Shown here one piece after another: positions 9,551-18,751 of a stretch of DNA of 64,000 nucleotides. Location: assembly GCA_964457335.1 (NCBI GenBank), contig CAYWGD010000017.1:11069-75068 (forward strand). Reading direction: 5' to 3'. The position numbers and the translations under genes were made by a program. Position 1 is the stretch's first letter. Each line of letters begins with the position of its first letter. Source of the DNA: an uncultured Enterobacteriaceae bacterium. Lineage in GTDB: Bacteria > Myxococcota_A > UBA796 > SXON01. The notes below the pieces were generated by a model. The model saw only the letters and a program-made list of their open reading frames with translations, made no database searches and was not told the DNA's origin.

Positions 9551-10965
9551 GGGTCGATCGTGTAGTCCGTTACGAACGTCCCGTCCGCGACGTGCCACAC
9601 CTCGATGGGCGCGGTCGTCTCCTCCGTGTCGGGGTCGTAGTCGAGCCGGCCGGACGCGCCGGTCACGTCGATCCCGCGGCCCTCGTCGAAGGTCGCGCGC
9701 ACCTGCGTCCAGTTGATCGGGTTGATGTCGATGGCGTCGCCGTCCGACACCCGGCGGAGGCCGCGGGCCACGCCGAGGCCCGAGATCGCGCCCTCGTTCG
9801 CGACCGACCAGGCCACGCCGTAGATCGCGAGCCACGCGGCGTCCCAGGTGTGGGCCGTGTACACCGAGTCCGACGCGCCGGCCGGGGCGTACTCGGCCGC
9901 GTAGGCGCCCGCGAAGAAGCCGTACACCGGCTGGTCCGTGCGCACCGACGGCGCGGTGCCCCGCACCTGGTCGAACAGGTCCGCGGCGGAGGCGGCGGCG
10001 TCGAGCACCTCCTGGTCCCGCGCGGTGTCGGTGAGGAAGATGCCGACGTCGGCGAGCTCGGCGTACTCGTGCGCCGTGTTGAGGAAGGCGACGATGTCCG
10101 CGGGCTCCGAGGAGATGAAGAGGATCTCCGTGGGCGGCGTCTCGCGCACGGCGGCGACGGCGAGGTCCCGCTCGGTGTCGTCGGAGAAGGGGAGGAGGGT
10201 GATCTGGCCGCCGCCCGTGCGGTAGGCCGTGTCGAAGACGCTCGCGAGGCCGCCCCCGTAGGAGCCCGTCCGGTAGATCACCGACACGTCGTAGACCTCG
10301 CGGTCGAGGATGTCGCCCGCGACCACCTCGCCCTGGAGCGAGTCGGGGGGCGCGGTGCGCCAGAAGAGGCCGGGCGACTCGTCGGTCTTCGTGAGGCCGT
10401 CGATCGAGGAGAGCGCGGGGCTCGTGGCGGACGGCGAGAGGACCACGGTCCCCGCGGGTGAGGCGGCGTAGTACGCGGCCTCGGCCGTGCCGGAGGTGGC
10501 GGGCCCGATGATCGCGGGCACTCCGAGCGTGTCCGCGAGGAAGCTCGCGCCGCGCGCGGCGGCGTCCTCGAGCGAGAGGTCGTCGTAGGCGTAGTCGACC
10601 GCGTAGTCGCACTCGACGAGCACGTACGGGCGGCCGTCGAGGCCGGACACGTCGTCCACCTGCATGAACGCGAGGCGCGCCGCCTGCGTCTCCGGCGTGT
10701 CGGAGCCGTGGTCGAACAGGGAGCCGAGCACGACGGCGTCGCGGTAGTTCTCGGGGCGCGAGAAGAGGTCCTCGGGCCAGGTGGTCTCGCAGCGCGGCTC
10801 GACCTCGACCTCGGCGCAGAGGCCTTCGTCGCCGCAGGTCCAGCCGAAGCCGAAGGCATCGCGGCACTCGGCGTGCGTCTCGCAGGGGGTGTAGTCCGAG
10901 GTCCCGAGCGAGCAGCCGGCCAACAGCGCTGCCAGGGCGGCGGGGACGAGGAGACGCGGCGTCAC
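9547..10965 (-). CDS. Lipoprotein, type-I periplasmic substrate-binding protein (Leu/Ile/Val-binding, Peripla_BP_6-like). No cognate ABC permease or ATPase is adjacent.
   Basis: Internal GTG start (GTGA overlap with the stop at 10962). Lipobox LAGC, then a Cys-rich N-terminal knot, then a LivJ-like body (VLGSLF...GVPAIIGPATSG...VYDVSVIYRTGSYGGG). Confidence 0.8.
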   Translation of the reverse strand: MTPRLLVPAALAALLAGCSLGTSDYTPCETHAECRDAFGFGWTCGDEGLCAEVEVEPRCETTWPEDLFSRPENYRDAVVLGSLFDHGSDTPETQAARLAFMQVDDVSGLDGRPYVLVECDYAVDYAYDDLSLEDAAARGASFLADTLGVPAIIGPATSGTAEAAYYAASPAGTVVLSPSATSPALSSIDGLTKTDESPGLFWRTAPPDSLQGEVVAGDILDREVYDVSVIYRTGSYGGGLASVFDTAYRTGGGQITLLPFSDDTERDLAVAAVRETPPTEILFISSEPADIVAFLNTAHEYAELADVGIFLTDTARDQEVLDAAASAADLFDQVRGTAPSVRTDQPVYGFFAGAYAAEYAPAGASDSVYTAHTWDAAWLAIYGVAWSVANEGAISGLGVARGLRRVSDGDAIDINPINWTQVRATFDEGRGIDVTGASGRLDYDPDTEETTAPIEVWHVADGTFVTDYTIDP

Positions 10966-11795
10966 GGGAGCACGCCCCCGAGGGTGACGATCCCGCCGCC
11001 GCCCCCCACGCTCAGCCCCACCTGCACGGGCTTCTCGCCGGGGAGGAGCGCCGTGACGAGGCCGCCCGCGAGCGCGGCGGCGCCGACGCCGAAGGCGATG
11101 TCCGCCACGAGCGCGTCGGTGCGCTCCCGGGCGAGGGCCGCGCCGGCGCTCTCCGGGCAGCGCCGTGTGTCCCCGGCGTCGACGCAGAGCGCGTCGGCGT
11201 CGGCCCGGGCGTCGAGCGCGCGGAGCCCGAAGACGGTGCCGGTCACCGCGCCGCCGCCGGCGACGCCGAAGAGCACGATCGGGAGCACCGGGACCGCCCG
11301 CTCGCGCGGCGTGGTCGCGGTCGACGCGGTGGACGCGGCGACCGGGGCCGGGGCGGCGGCCACCGGGGTCGCGGGCTCCGCGGGTGCGGGCGTCGGGGCG
11401 ACGACCGGGGCCCCGGCGCCCGCGGCCGCGGTGCCGGCCTCGAGCTCCGCGAGGCGCCGCTCGATGCTGCGGATGCGCCGCTCGAGCGTGTCCCGCTCCT
11501 CGGCGGGCGCGAACGCCCGGTAGCGGCTCAACAGCTCCATCGCCTCGTCCCAGCGCGCGAGGCGCTCGGCCGCGTTCGCGAGGTTGAAGAGCAGGAGCGG
11601 CCGCCCGGACAGGCGCCAGGCCTCCGTCCACGCGACCATGGCGTCCTCGTGGCGGCCCTCCGCGTAGAGCAGCGCGCCGTTCTGGAACAGCTCGCGGGCG
11701 CGCGCGTCGTCCGCGGCCGTCACGGCGGCGGGGTCGGGGGCGGGCGGGAGCGGGGCGGCGCGGGCGAGCGCGAGGAGCACGAGCAGCGGGAGCAT
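10962..11795 (-). CDS. Secreted TPR-like protein with a Pro/Ala linker and C-terminal hydrophobic segments
   Basis: Signal peptide, then TPR-like helices (LFQNGALLYAEGRHEDAMVAWTEAWRL...), a coiled coil (RRIRSIERRLAELEAG), and two hydrophobic stretches near the C-terminus. Confidence 0.7.
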   Translation of the reverse strand: MLPLLVLLALARAAPLPPAPDPAAVTAADDARARELFQNGALLYAEGRHEDAMVAWTEAWRLSGRPLLLFNLANAAERLARWDEAMELLSRYRAFAPAEERDTLERRIRSIERRLAELEAGTAAAGAGAPVVAPTPAPAEPATPVAAAPAPVAASTASTATTPRERAVPVLPIVLFGVAGGGAVTGTVFGLRALDARADADALCVDAGDTRRCPESAGAALARERTDALVADIAFGVGAAALAGGLVTALLPGEKPVQVGLSVGGGGGIVTLGGVLP

Positions 11796-13513
11796 CAGCG
11801 TTCTGCCCAGGGATCCCGCACGTCCGAGCCGGCGGATCCCTTGGACGGGGGCGGGCTCGTGGAGGAGGGGCCTCCGGGCGCGTCCGCACTATCCGACGGC
11901 TTCGAGGTCGGGGAGGTGCCGGGCGCGGAAGGTCCGCCGCGGGGGCGCGCGCCGGCCGGGGGTGCGGACGGAGCCGGGGAAGCCGGGGAAGCCGGGGGCG
12001 TCGGGGCCGCCACGGGCGTCGGGGCCGCCGCGGCGGGCGTCGGGGTCGGCGGGGTCGCCGGAGCCGCCGCCGGCGGGGGAGCCGACATGGCCGGGGGGGG
12101 CGTTGCGGGGGGGCCGTCGTCCGCACGCGCCCCGGGGTCGGGGCCCCCAACCCCGGACCCGGGGCCCCCGCCGGTCCCCCCCAAGGGCGCCCCACCGTCG
12201 GACCCGGGCCGCACGGCGCCGACCCCCGGGCGCGTGCTCCCGCTCCCCCCCGCCCCAAGAGGAATCGGGTCGTCCACCACGCCCGGGCGCGTGTCGGGCT
12301 GGAAGAGCCACCACGCGCCGAGGGCCGCCGCGAGCAGCACGGCGCCGACGATGCCGGCGACGAGCCCGCGCGAGGGGCCGGCGCCTTCGAGCACGAGCGG
12401 GACGTCGGGAGGGATGACCGGCGCGGGCGGGCGGAACCGGGTCGGGGGCAGGAGCGGGGAGGGGCGCGTGATCCCGGAGAGCTCGTCCTGGACGCCCTGC
12501 AGCGCCTGGAGGAGCGCGTCCATCCCGGCGTAGCGGTCCGCGGGCGACTTCGCGAGGCAGCGCAGCACGACCGCCTCGAGCGACGGCACGCGCACCATGG
12601 AGGGACACACGGCCTCCATGGGCGGCGGGGCGTGGTTGAGGTGCCCCATCAACACGTTGAGCGGCGCGCTCCCGGTGAAGGGCGGGCGGCCGCAGAGGCA
12701 GGCGTACAGCAGCACGCCGAGCGAGTAGACGTCGCTGCGCTCATCGAGCGCGTCCGACCGCACCTGCTCCGGCGACATGTAGCTGGGGGAGCCGACCAGC
12801 GCGTCGCCCCGGGTGAGCTCGGAGTCGGCGCGTATCTCCTTCGCGAGGCCGAAGTCGACGACCTTGACGAACTCGTCGTCGCCGCCGGGCCGGGTGAGGA
12901 TGATGTTGGACGGCTTCAGATCGCGGTGGATGAGCCCGAGGGCGTGCGCCTCGCGGAGCGACGACGCGACCTGGCGGCCGATGCGCACCACGCGGAGGGC
13001 GTCCATGGGCGCGTCCGTCTGGATGGCCTGGAAGAGGTTCCGGCCCTCGAGGTGCTCCATGGCGATGTAGAGCACGTCGTCGTCGGCGCGGCCGTAGTCG
13101 AAGACGCGCACGGTGTTGGGGTGGGAGAGCCGCGCGCAGACCTCCGCCTCGCGCACGAAGCGGCGGCGGAACTCCTGGTCGTCGTCGTCCTCGTCGCCCA
13201 CGTCGAGCACCTTCACGGCGACGACGCGGCCGAAGGGCGCCTGCTCGGCCCGGTACACCCGGCCCATCCCGCCCTTGGCGATCAGCGAGAGCACCCGGTA
13301 GCGCTCGTCGAGGAGCTTGCCGATCAGCGGGTCGGCCCGGGGCGTGCGCGGGCGTCGTGCGCCGCTCGCGTCGTCCCGGTCGCCGGAGGAGTCTGCCGAC
13401 CGGTCCGGCGCGCCGCCTGACGGGGGGACGGACGATCGGACCGCGGACGCGTGCCCCTCGGCGTCGTCCGACGGGGGCGTCGGGCTCGGCGGGAGGGGTT
13501 CGTCGGCGGACAC
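11795..13513 (-). CDS. Ser/Thr protein kinase (Hanks type) with one TM helix and a ~190-aa Pro/Gly/Ala-rich extracytoplasmic tail
   Basis: GKGGMGRVY...VAVKVL, HRDLKPSNIIL, DFGLAKE and SPSYMSPEQ motifs. TM helix GLVAGIVGAVLLAAALGAWWLF. The stop overlaps the next gene's ATG by 1 nt. Confidence 0.9.
   Translation of the reverse strand: MSADEPLPPSPTPPSDDAEGHASAVRSSVPPSGGAPDRSADSSGDRDDASGARRPRTPRADPLIGKLLDERYRVLSLIAKGGMGRVYRAEQAPFGRVVAVKVLDVGDEDDDDQEFRRRFVREAEVCARLSHPNTVRVFDYGRADDDVLYIAMEHLEGRNLFQAIQTDAPMDALRVVRIGRQVASSLREAHALGLIHRDLKPSNIILTRPGGDDEFVKVVDFGLAKEIRADSELTRGDALVGSPSYMSPEQVRSDALDERSDVYSLGVLLYACLCGRPPFTGSAPLNVLMGHLNHAPPPMEAVCPSMVRVPSLEAVVLRCLAKSPADRYAGMDALLQALQGVQDELSGITRPSPLLPPTRFRPPAPVIPPDVPLVLEGAGPSRGLVAGIVGAVLLAAALGAWWLFQPDTRPGVVDDPIPLGAGGSGSTRPGVGAVRPGSDGGAPLGGTGGGPGSGVGGPDPGARADDGPPATPPPAMSAPPPAAAPATPPTPTPAAAAPTPVAAPTPPASPASPAPSAPPAGARPRGGPSAPGTSPTSKPSDSADAPGGPSSTSPPPSKGSAGSDVRDPWAER
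12092..12262 (+). repeat. Split copy of the G/C-run repeat family, embedded in the kinase tail coding region
   Basis: The left arm G8-CGTTGC-G7 (~12092-12113) and right arm C7-GCCCCAAGAGGAA (~12246-12262) match the two arms of the intergenic copies. Here they are about 130 bp apart. Confidence 0.4.
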
Positions 13514-13623
13514 GTGTTCCTCGGCCGGGCGGAGGGGCCGGCCGCAGTAGGGTACGCGATCCGCGGCCGCGGAGGTAGCGGGTGTGCGCGTGGAGCGCTC
13601 GCCCGTCCGAGTCGGTGCCCCCC

Positions 13624-13641
13624 TGTCGCCAAGATGTCACA
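13624..13641 (+). promoter_or_regulatory. Pho-box-like direct repeat upstream of the phoB-like gene
   Basis: cTGTCGCcaagaTGTCACa: two TGTC(A/G)C half-sites 11 bp apart, about 35 nt upstream of the ATG at 13676. Confidence 0.35.
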
Positions 13642-13675
13642 CCGGCGCTCCACGGCGGCGGTTACCGGGCGGGCC

Positions 13676-14392
13676 ATGGACACAAAGGCCCCGATCCTCG
13701 TCGTCGAAGACGAGAGTGACATTCGAAGCTTGATCGTCCACCAGCTGGAGCGCGAGGGGTGGACCACGCGCGCGGCCGCCACCGGCACGGAGGCGCTGGA
13801 GATCGCGCGCAAGACGCCCCCCATGCTCGTGGTGCTCGACCTCATGCTGCCCGGGCTGCCCGGCACCGAGGTGTGCCGCCGCCTGCGCGCCGAGGCCGAC
13901 ACGCGGGACGTGCCGATCATCATCCTCTCCGCGCGCGGCGAGGAGATCGATCGCGTCGTGGGTTTCGAGGTGGGCGCGGACGACTACGTCACGAAGCCGT
14001 TCAGCCCGCGCGAGCTCGTCCTGCGCGTGCGGGCGGTGCTCCGGCGCGGCGCCCAGCCCCCCGAGCCGCCGCCGACCGGCCCCGGCCCCCTGGAGGTCGG
14101 CGTGTTGCGCGTCGACGAGGCCGCCCACCGCGTGTTCGTGTCGGGCGAGGAGGTCGCGCTCACCGCGACGGAGTTCAAGCTCCTCCTCACGCTGATGCGG
14201 CGCTCGGGGCGCGTCCAGTCGCGGGCGCAGCTCCTCCAGGACGTGTGGGACCTGCCGCCGGACATGTACACGCGCACGGTCGACACCCACATGAAGCGGC
14301 TGCGCGAGAAGATCGGCGCCGCCGCCGCCCACATCGAGACCGTACGCGGGGTGGGGTACCGCTTCAGCCGCGAGCCCGTGCACGAGGAGTGA
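13676..14392 (+). CDS. phoB: OmpR/PhoB-family response regulator (REC plus winged-helix Trans_reg_C)
   Basis: Start at M76 of ORF 13451..14392. ILVVEDE...DLMLPG...KPF in the receiver; C-terminal RVDEAAHRVFVSGEEVALTATEFKLL...VRGVGYRF. Sits immediately upstream of pstSCAB-phoU. Confidence 0.85.
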   Translation: MDTKAPILVVEDESDIRSLIVHQLEREGWTTRAAATGTEALEIARKTPPMLVVLDLMLPGLPGTEVCRRLRAEADTRDVPIIILSARGEEIDRVVGFEVGADDYVTKPFSPRELVLRVRAVLRRGAQPPEPPPTGPGPLEVGVLRVDEAAHRVFVSGEEVALTATEFKLLLTLMRRSGRVQSRAQLLQDVWDLPPDMYTRTVDTHMKRLREKIGAAAAHIETVRGVGYRFSREPVHEE

Positions 14393-14432
14393 GCGTGACG
14401 GCGGAGGCGGCTGAGGCACACAGGTAGCGCAG

Positions 14433-14460
14433 CCGTCACCGAGCCGTCACGACCCGTCGA
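14433..14460 (+). promoter_or_regulatory. Pho box: three CCGTC(A/G)(C/A) direct repeats upstream of pstS
   Basis: CCGTCACcgagCCGTCACgacCCGTCGA, with repeat starts at 14433, 14444 and 14454 (11- and 10-bp phasing), 30-55 nt upstream of the pstS ATG. Confidence 0.45.
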
Positions 14461-14488
14461 TACCTTCCGAAACCTCCGGAGGGTTTCC

Positions 14489-15409
14489 ATGCTGCTCTCG
14501 CTCCTACTCGTCGCGTGCTCGGGCTCCGAGACGTCCACCACCTCGGCCCCGTCCGCGCCGGCCCCGTCGGCGCCCGCCCCGTCGGCTCCGACGGGCGGCA
14601 CCATCCAGGTGAAGGGCTCGGACAGCGAGGTCAACCTCGTCCAGCGGCTGGCGGAGGAATTCAGCAAGAAGACCCCGGCGGCGAGCATCGCCGTCACGGG
14701 CGGCGGCTCCGGCGCCGGCATCGCCGCGATCATCGACGGGACGACCACGATCGCGAACAGCTCCCGCGACATGAAGGGCGCCGAGAAGATCGAAGCCCAG
14801 CGCAAGGGGCTCGACGTGAAGGCGTTCGTGTTCGCGACGGACGGGCTCGCCGTCATCGTGAACCCCTCGAACAAGCTCGAGAGCATCGACCTCGACAAGC
14901 TCGGCGCGCTCTACCGGGGCGAGGTCTCGACCTGGGACGCGGTCGGGGGCGGGGCCGGGCCGGTGAGCCTGTACGGGCGCCAGTCCAACTCCGGGACCTA
15001 CGACTTCTTCAAGTCGGCGGCGGTCAAGGGCGAGTACGCGCCGGCGCTGAAGCAGATGAACGGCAACGCGCAGATCGTCGAGGGCGTGAAGGCCGACCCG
15101 GGCGGCATCGGGTACGTCGCGGCCGGGTACGTGCAGGGCGAGAACGGCGCCGGGGTGAAGATCCTCCCGGTGTCCTCCGCGGGCGGCCAGCCGGTGTCGC
15201 CGCTCGACGAGGCGGCCGTGCTCTCGGGCGTCTACCCGCTGGCGCGCCCCCTCTACCAGTTCGTGAACGGCACGCCGACGGGGCAGGTCAAGGACTTCCT
15301 CGCGTTCGAGGCGTCGCCGGAGGGGCAGGCCATCGTGAAGCAGATGGGCTTCTACCCGATCACGTCGGCGCACGTCGCGTCGAACCAGGCGCTGGTGGGT
15401 GGGCAGTAG
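14489..15409 (+). CDS. pstS: Phosphate ABC transporter substrate-binding lipoprotein
   Basis: Lipobox LVAC. PBP_like_2 motifs GSDSEVNLVQRLAEEF, GGGSGAGIAA, NSSRDMK and GIGYV. Confidence 0.9.
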   Translation: MLLSLLLVACSGSETSTTSAPSAPAPSAPAPSAPTGGTIQVKGSDSEVNLVQRLAEEFSKKTPAASIAVTGGGSGAGIAAIIDGTTTIANSSRDMKGAEKIEAQRKGLDVKAFVFATDGLAVIVNPSNKLESIDLDKLGALYRGEVSTWDAVGGGAGPVSLYGRQSNSGTYDFFKSAAVKGEYAPALKQMNGNAQIVEGVKADPGGIGYVAAGYVQGENGAGVKILPVSSAGGQPVSPLDEAAVLSGVYPLARPLYQFVNGTPTGQVKDFLAFEASPEGQAIVKQMGFYPITSAHVASNQALVGGQ

Positions 15410-16439
15410 GGTGGAGGCGCTCGAGGCCGTCCCGGCGCAGAAGGAGATGTCCGGCGGCGCCCGCCGCCGGCTCCGCGAGAAGCTGATCGAGGGCGCGCTC
15501 GCCCTCGCGGCCGCCTCGTCGATCTTCGTGCTGCTCGGGATCTTCGGGGTGCTGCTGGTGAACGGCGCCGCGGCCTTCGGCGAGGGCGAGGGCGTCACGC
15601 TCGCGAACCTCACGCCCGAGGAGCGCGCGCTGCTCTCGCCGGAGGAGCTCGCGGAGCTCGGGCGCCACACGCAGGTCGTGCCCGCGGTCGGCGCGGACTT
15701 CCTGGGCTCGGCGGAGTGGAACCCCACCTCGTCGAGCACGCCGAAGTACGGCGTGTTCGGGATGATCCTGAGCACGCTGATGGTCACGGTGGTGTCCATC
15801 GCGATCGCGGCCCCGCTCGGGGTCGGCGTGGCGGCGTGGCTCGCGTTCGTCGCGCCGCCGCGGGTGCGCGAGGTGGTGAAGCCGGCGCTGGAGCTCCTCG
15901 CGGCCATCCCGTCGGTGGTGGTCGGCTTCGTCGGCATCGTGTTCGTGGGGCCGCTCATCGCGCGGACCTTCGGCCTCGGGAACGGGCTCAACGCGCTCAA
16001 CGGCGCGATCCTGCTCGCGGTGATGGCGCTCCCGACGATCCTCTCCATCTCGGAGGACGCGCTCCGCGCGGTGCCGAAGGACTACGTGCAGGCGAGCCTC
16101 GCCCTCGGCGCCGACCGCTGGCAGACGCTCGTGCGCGTGGTGCTCCCGGCGGCCGCGTCGGGGATCCTCGCCGCCGTGATGCTCGGCATGGGCCGCGCCA
16201 TCGGCGAGACGATGACGGTGCTCATGGCCACGGGCAACGCGGTGGCGCTCCCGCACGGGCTGTTCGACAGCGTCCGGACGCTCACGGCCACCGTCGCCAT
16301 CGAGCTCGGCGAGGTGCCGTTCGGCTCCCGGCACTACCACCTGCTCTTCGCGGTGGGGCTCGTGCTCTTCCTCATGACCTTCGCGGTGAACCTCGTGAGC
16401 GACGTGGTGCTGCGCCGAAGCGCGCAGAGGCCGGCATGA
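15399..16439 (+). CDS. pstC: Phosphate ABC transporter permease PstC
   Basis: Multi-pass membrane protein with the EAA-type loop ([26 protein letters not shown]). Position in the pst operon. Confidence 0.9.
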   Translation: MGSRVEALEAVPAQKEMSGGARRRLREKLIEGALALAAASSIFVLLGIFGVLLVNGAAAFGEGEGVTLANLTPEERALLSPEELAELGRHTQVVPAVGADFLGSAEWNPTSSSTPKYGVFGMILSTLMVTVVSIAIAAPLGVGVAAWLAFVAPPRVREVVKPALELLAAIPSVVVGFVGIVFVGPLIARTFGLGNGLNALNGAILLAVMALPTILSISEDALRAVPKDYVQASLALGADRWQTLVRVVLPAAASGILAAVMLGMGRAIGETMTVLMATGNAVALPHGLFDSVRTLTATVAIELGEVPFGSRHYHLLFAVGLVLFLMTFAVNLVSDVVLRRSAQRPA

Positions 16440-17281
16440 CCCTGCGCGAGCGCATCGGGTTCTCGACGCTGGCGTTGGCCACGGCCAGCGCGCTCCTGCT
16501 CGTCGTGGCGCTCCTCGCCTACATCGGGGCGAACGGCGCGGAGCGCATCTCCTGGGAGTTCCTCTCCCAGAGCCCGCGCGAAGGGATGACGGAGGGCGGC
16601 ATCTTCCCGGCCCTGCTCGGGACCTTCCTCCTCACGCTGATCACGGCGGCGAGCAGCGTCCCGCTGGGCGTCGCGGCCGCGATCTACCTCGTGGAGTACG
16701 CCCGGGAGGGCACGTTCATCCGGCTGATCCGGCTCTCGATCCGGAACCTGTCCGGCGTGCCGAGCGTCGTCTACGGGCTCTTCGGCGTGGGCCTGTTCGT
16801 CCACGGGCTGAACCTCGGGCTCTCGATCCTCGCGTCGGGGCTCACGCTCGGGCTCCTCACGCTGCCGACCACGATCACGGCGGCCGAGGAGGCGCTCAAG
16901 GCGGTGCCGAAGTCCTACCGGGACGGCGCGCTCGCGCTCGGGGCGACCCGCTGGGAGGCCATCCAGTCGAACGTGCTGCCGGCCGCGGCGCCCGGGATCC
17001 TGACGGGCGTGATCCTCGGGCTCTCGCGCGCGGCGGGCGAGACGGCGCCGATCCTCTTCACGGGCGTCGCCTTCTCGCTGCCGACGCTGCCGAGCGCGCT
17101 GGGCGACCAGTTCATGGCGCTGCCCTACCACCTCTACATCCTCTCCACCCAGCACCACGACCTCGTGAAGGTGCGGCCCATCGCGTTCGCGACGGCCTCC
17201 GTGCTCATCGGGCTCGTGGCGCTCCTCAACCTGTCCGCCACGCTGCTCCGCGCGCGCGCGCGGGCCCGGATGCACGGATGA
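16436..17281 (+). CDS. pstA: Phosphate ABC transporter permease PstA
   Basis: Internal ATG of ORF 15716..17281 (ATGA overlap with the pstC stop). [24 protein letters not shown] loop. Confidence 0.9.
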   Translation: MTLRERIGFSTLALATASALLLVVALLAYIGANGAERISWEFLSQSPREGMTEGGIFPALLGTFLLTLITAASSVPLGVAAAIYLVEYAREGTFIRLIRLSIRNLSGVPSVVYGLFGVGLFVHGLNLGLSILASGLTLGLLTLPTTITAAEEALKAVPKSYRDGALALGATRWEAIQSNVLPAAAPGILTGVILGLSRAAGETAPILFTGVAFSLPTLPSALGDQFMALPYHLYILSTQHHDLVKVRPIAFATASVLIGLVALLNLSATLLRARARARMHG

Positions 17282-18027
17282 AAGTCGAGAGCCGGGGCCT
17301 GGACTTCTTCTACGGGAACACCCAGGCGCTGCACGGCGTCACCTTGAGCGTCGGCGTGCGGGAGATCTTCGCGCTGATCGGCCCGTCGGGCTGCGGGAAG
17401 AGCACGTTCTTGCGGTGCATCAACCGCATGAACGACACGCTCGACGGCGTGACGGTGCGGGGCACGCTCCTGCTCGACGGCCAGGACATCTACGCGCCGT
17501 CGGTCGACGTCGTGAAGCTCCGCCGTCGCGTCGGCATGGTGTTCCAGAAGCCGAACCCCTTCCCGAAGTCGATCTTCGACAACGTCGCCTACGGGCTCCG
17601 CCTGGGCATGAAGCTCCCGCGCGCCGAGCTCGAGGCGCGCGTTGAGCAGGCCCTGCGCGCCGCCGCGCTCTGGGAGGAGGTGAAGGACCGGCTGACCGCC
17701 TCCGCCATGATGCTGTCGGGCGGCCAGCAGCAGCGGCTCTGCATCGCCCGCGCGATCGCGGTCGAGCCCGAGGTGCTGCTCATGGACGAGCCCACCAGCG
17801 CGCTCGACCCCGTCGCGACCGCGCGTCTCGAGGAGCTGATGCAGTCGCTCCGCGAGACCTACACCATCGTGATCGTCACGCACAACCTCCAGCAGGCGGC
17901 GCGAGTGTCCGATACAACCGCGTTCTTCCTGCACGGGCGCGTCGTCGAGGTCGCGTCGACGGATACGCTCTTCACGCGTCCTCGGGTAAAGGAGACGGAG
18001 GAGTACATCACCGGGAGGTTCGGCTGA
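17278..18027 (+). CDS. pstB: Phosphate ABC transporter ATP-binding protein
   Basis: Walker [10 protein letters not shown], signature LSGGQQQRL, Walker [12 protein letters not shown]. Confidence 0.95.
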   Translation: MKVESRGLDFFYGNTQALHGVTLSVGVREIFALIGPSGCGKSTFLRCINRMNDTLDGVTVRGTLLLDGQDIYAPSVDVVKLRRRVGMVFQKPNPFPKSIFDNVAYGLRLGMKLPRAELEARVEQALRAAALWEEVKDRLTASAMMLSGGQQQRLCIARAIAVEPEVLLMDEPTSALDPVATARLEELMQSLRETYTIVIVTHNLQQAARVSDTTAFFLHGRVVEVASTDTLFTRPRVKETEEYITGRFG

Positions 18028-18713
18028 TGCTCGGTTCTCGTCACCTGGACTCGAAGTACGACACCGAGCTCAAGGAGCTGGGCGTCCACATGACGCGCAT
18101 GGTCGTGCGCGCCGAGAGCATGGTCCGCGACGCCATCAAGGCGCTGCTCGAGCGCGACGCCGAGCTCGCCCGCGCGGTGATCCGGACGGATCGCGAGCTC
18201 GATCGCCTGGAGATGGAGGCCGACGAGCTGAGCCTCCGCATGCTGGCCCGCCGGGCGCCGTTCGGCGAGGACCTGCGCTTCGTGACGGTCAACCTCAAGA
18301 TCGTCACCGATCTCGAGCGCATGGGCGACCTCGCGGTGAACATCGCCGAGCGCTCGCTCGAGCTCATGCAGGGGTCTGGCCTGTTGCCGGGGCGCGAGGT
18401 CGAGGAGCTCGCGGCGGCCGCGATGTCCGAGGTGTCCGACGCGCTCCGGGCCTACCAGTCGCGGGACAGCGCCGCGGCGCGCCGGGTGCTCGGCACCGAC
18501 CGGAACGTGGATGCCCTGAACCGCTCCGCCTTCGAGCTCCTCATCCGCATCGCGCACGAGCGGCCCGACGAGTTCGATCGCGCGCTCGCCCTCACGAGCG
18601 TGTGCCGCTACCTCGAGCGCGTGGCCGACCACGCCACGAACGTGGCCGAGATGGTCGTGTTCCTGGTCGAGGCCGAGGACGTGCGGCACCAGGGGCTGAA
18701 CAAGCAGCCGTAG
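18027..18713 (+). CDS. phoU: Phosphate signalling complex protein PhoU
   Basis: Two PhoU repeats (E-x3-D...DLERMGD and DHATNVAE). 1-nt overlap with the pstB stop. Confidence 0.9.
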   Translation: MLGSRHLDSKYDTELKELGVHMTRMVVRAESMVRDAIKALLERDAELARAVIRTDRELDRLEMEADELSLRMLARRAPFGEDLRFVTVNLKIVTDLERMGDLAVNIAERSLELMQGSGLLPGREVEELAAAAMSEVSDALRAYQSRDSAAARRVLGTDRNVDALNRSAFELLIRIAHERPDEFDRALALTSVCRYLERVADHATNVAEMVVFLVEAEDVRHQGLNKQP

Positions 18714-18751
18714 GTCGACCGGGCGGCCCCGCGTGAAGACGCGCCGTCGCG

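Noticed and set aside
9547-12258. N-terminal extensions of listed ORFs (for example 9547..12258, 8894..10867, 8088..9461, 25317..26567, 25880..27310, 20463..23402, 22604..25192, 15716..17281 and 38073..39794).
   Set aside because: The upstream parts are Arg/Pro-rich junk that overlaps the preceding real gene. Each real gene begins at an internal ATG or GTG that yields a signal peptide, lipobox or canonical N-terminus, and usually forms an ATGA, GTGA or TGATG overlap with the upstream stop.
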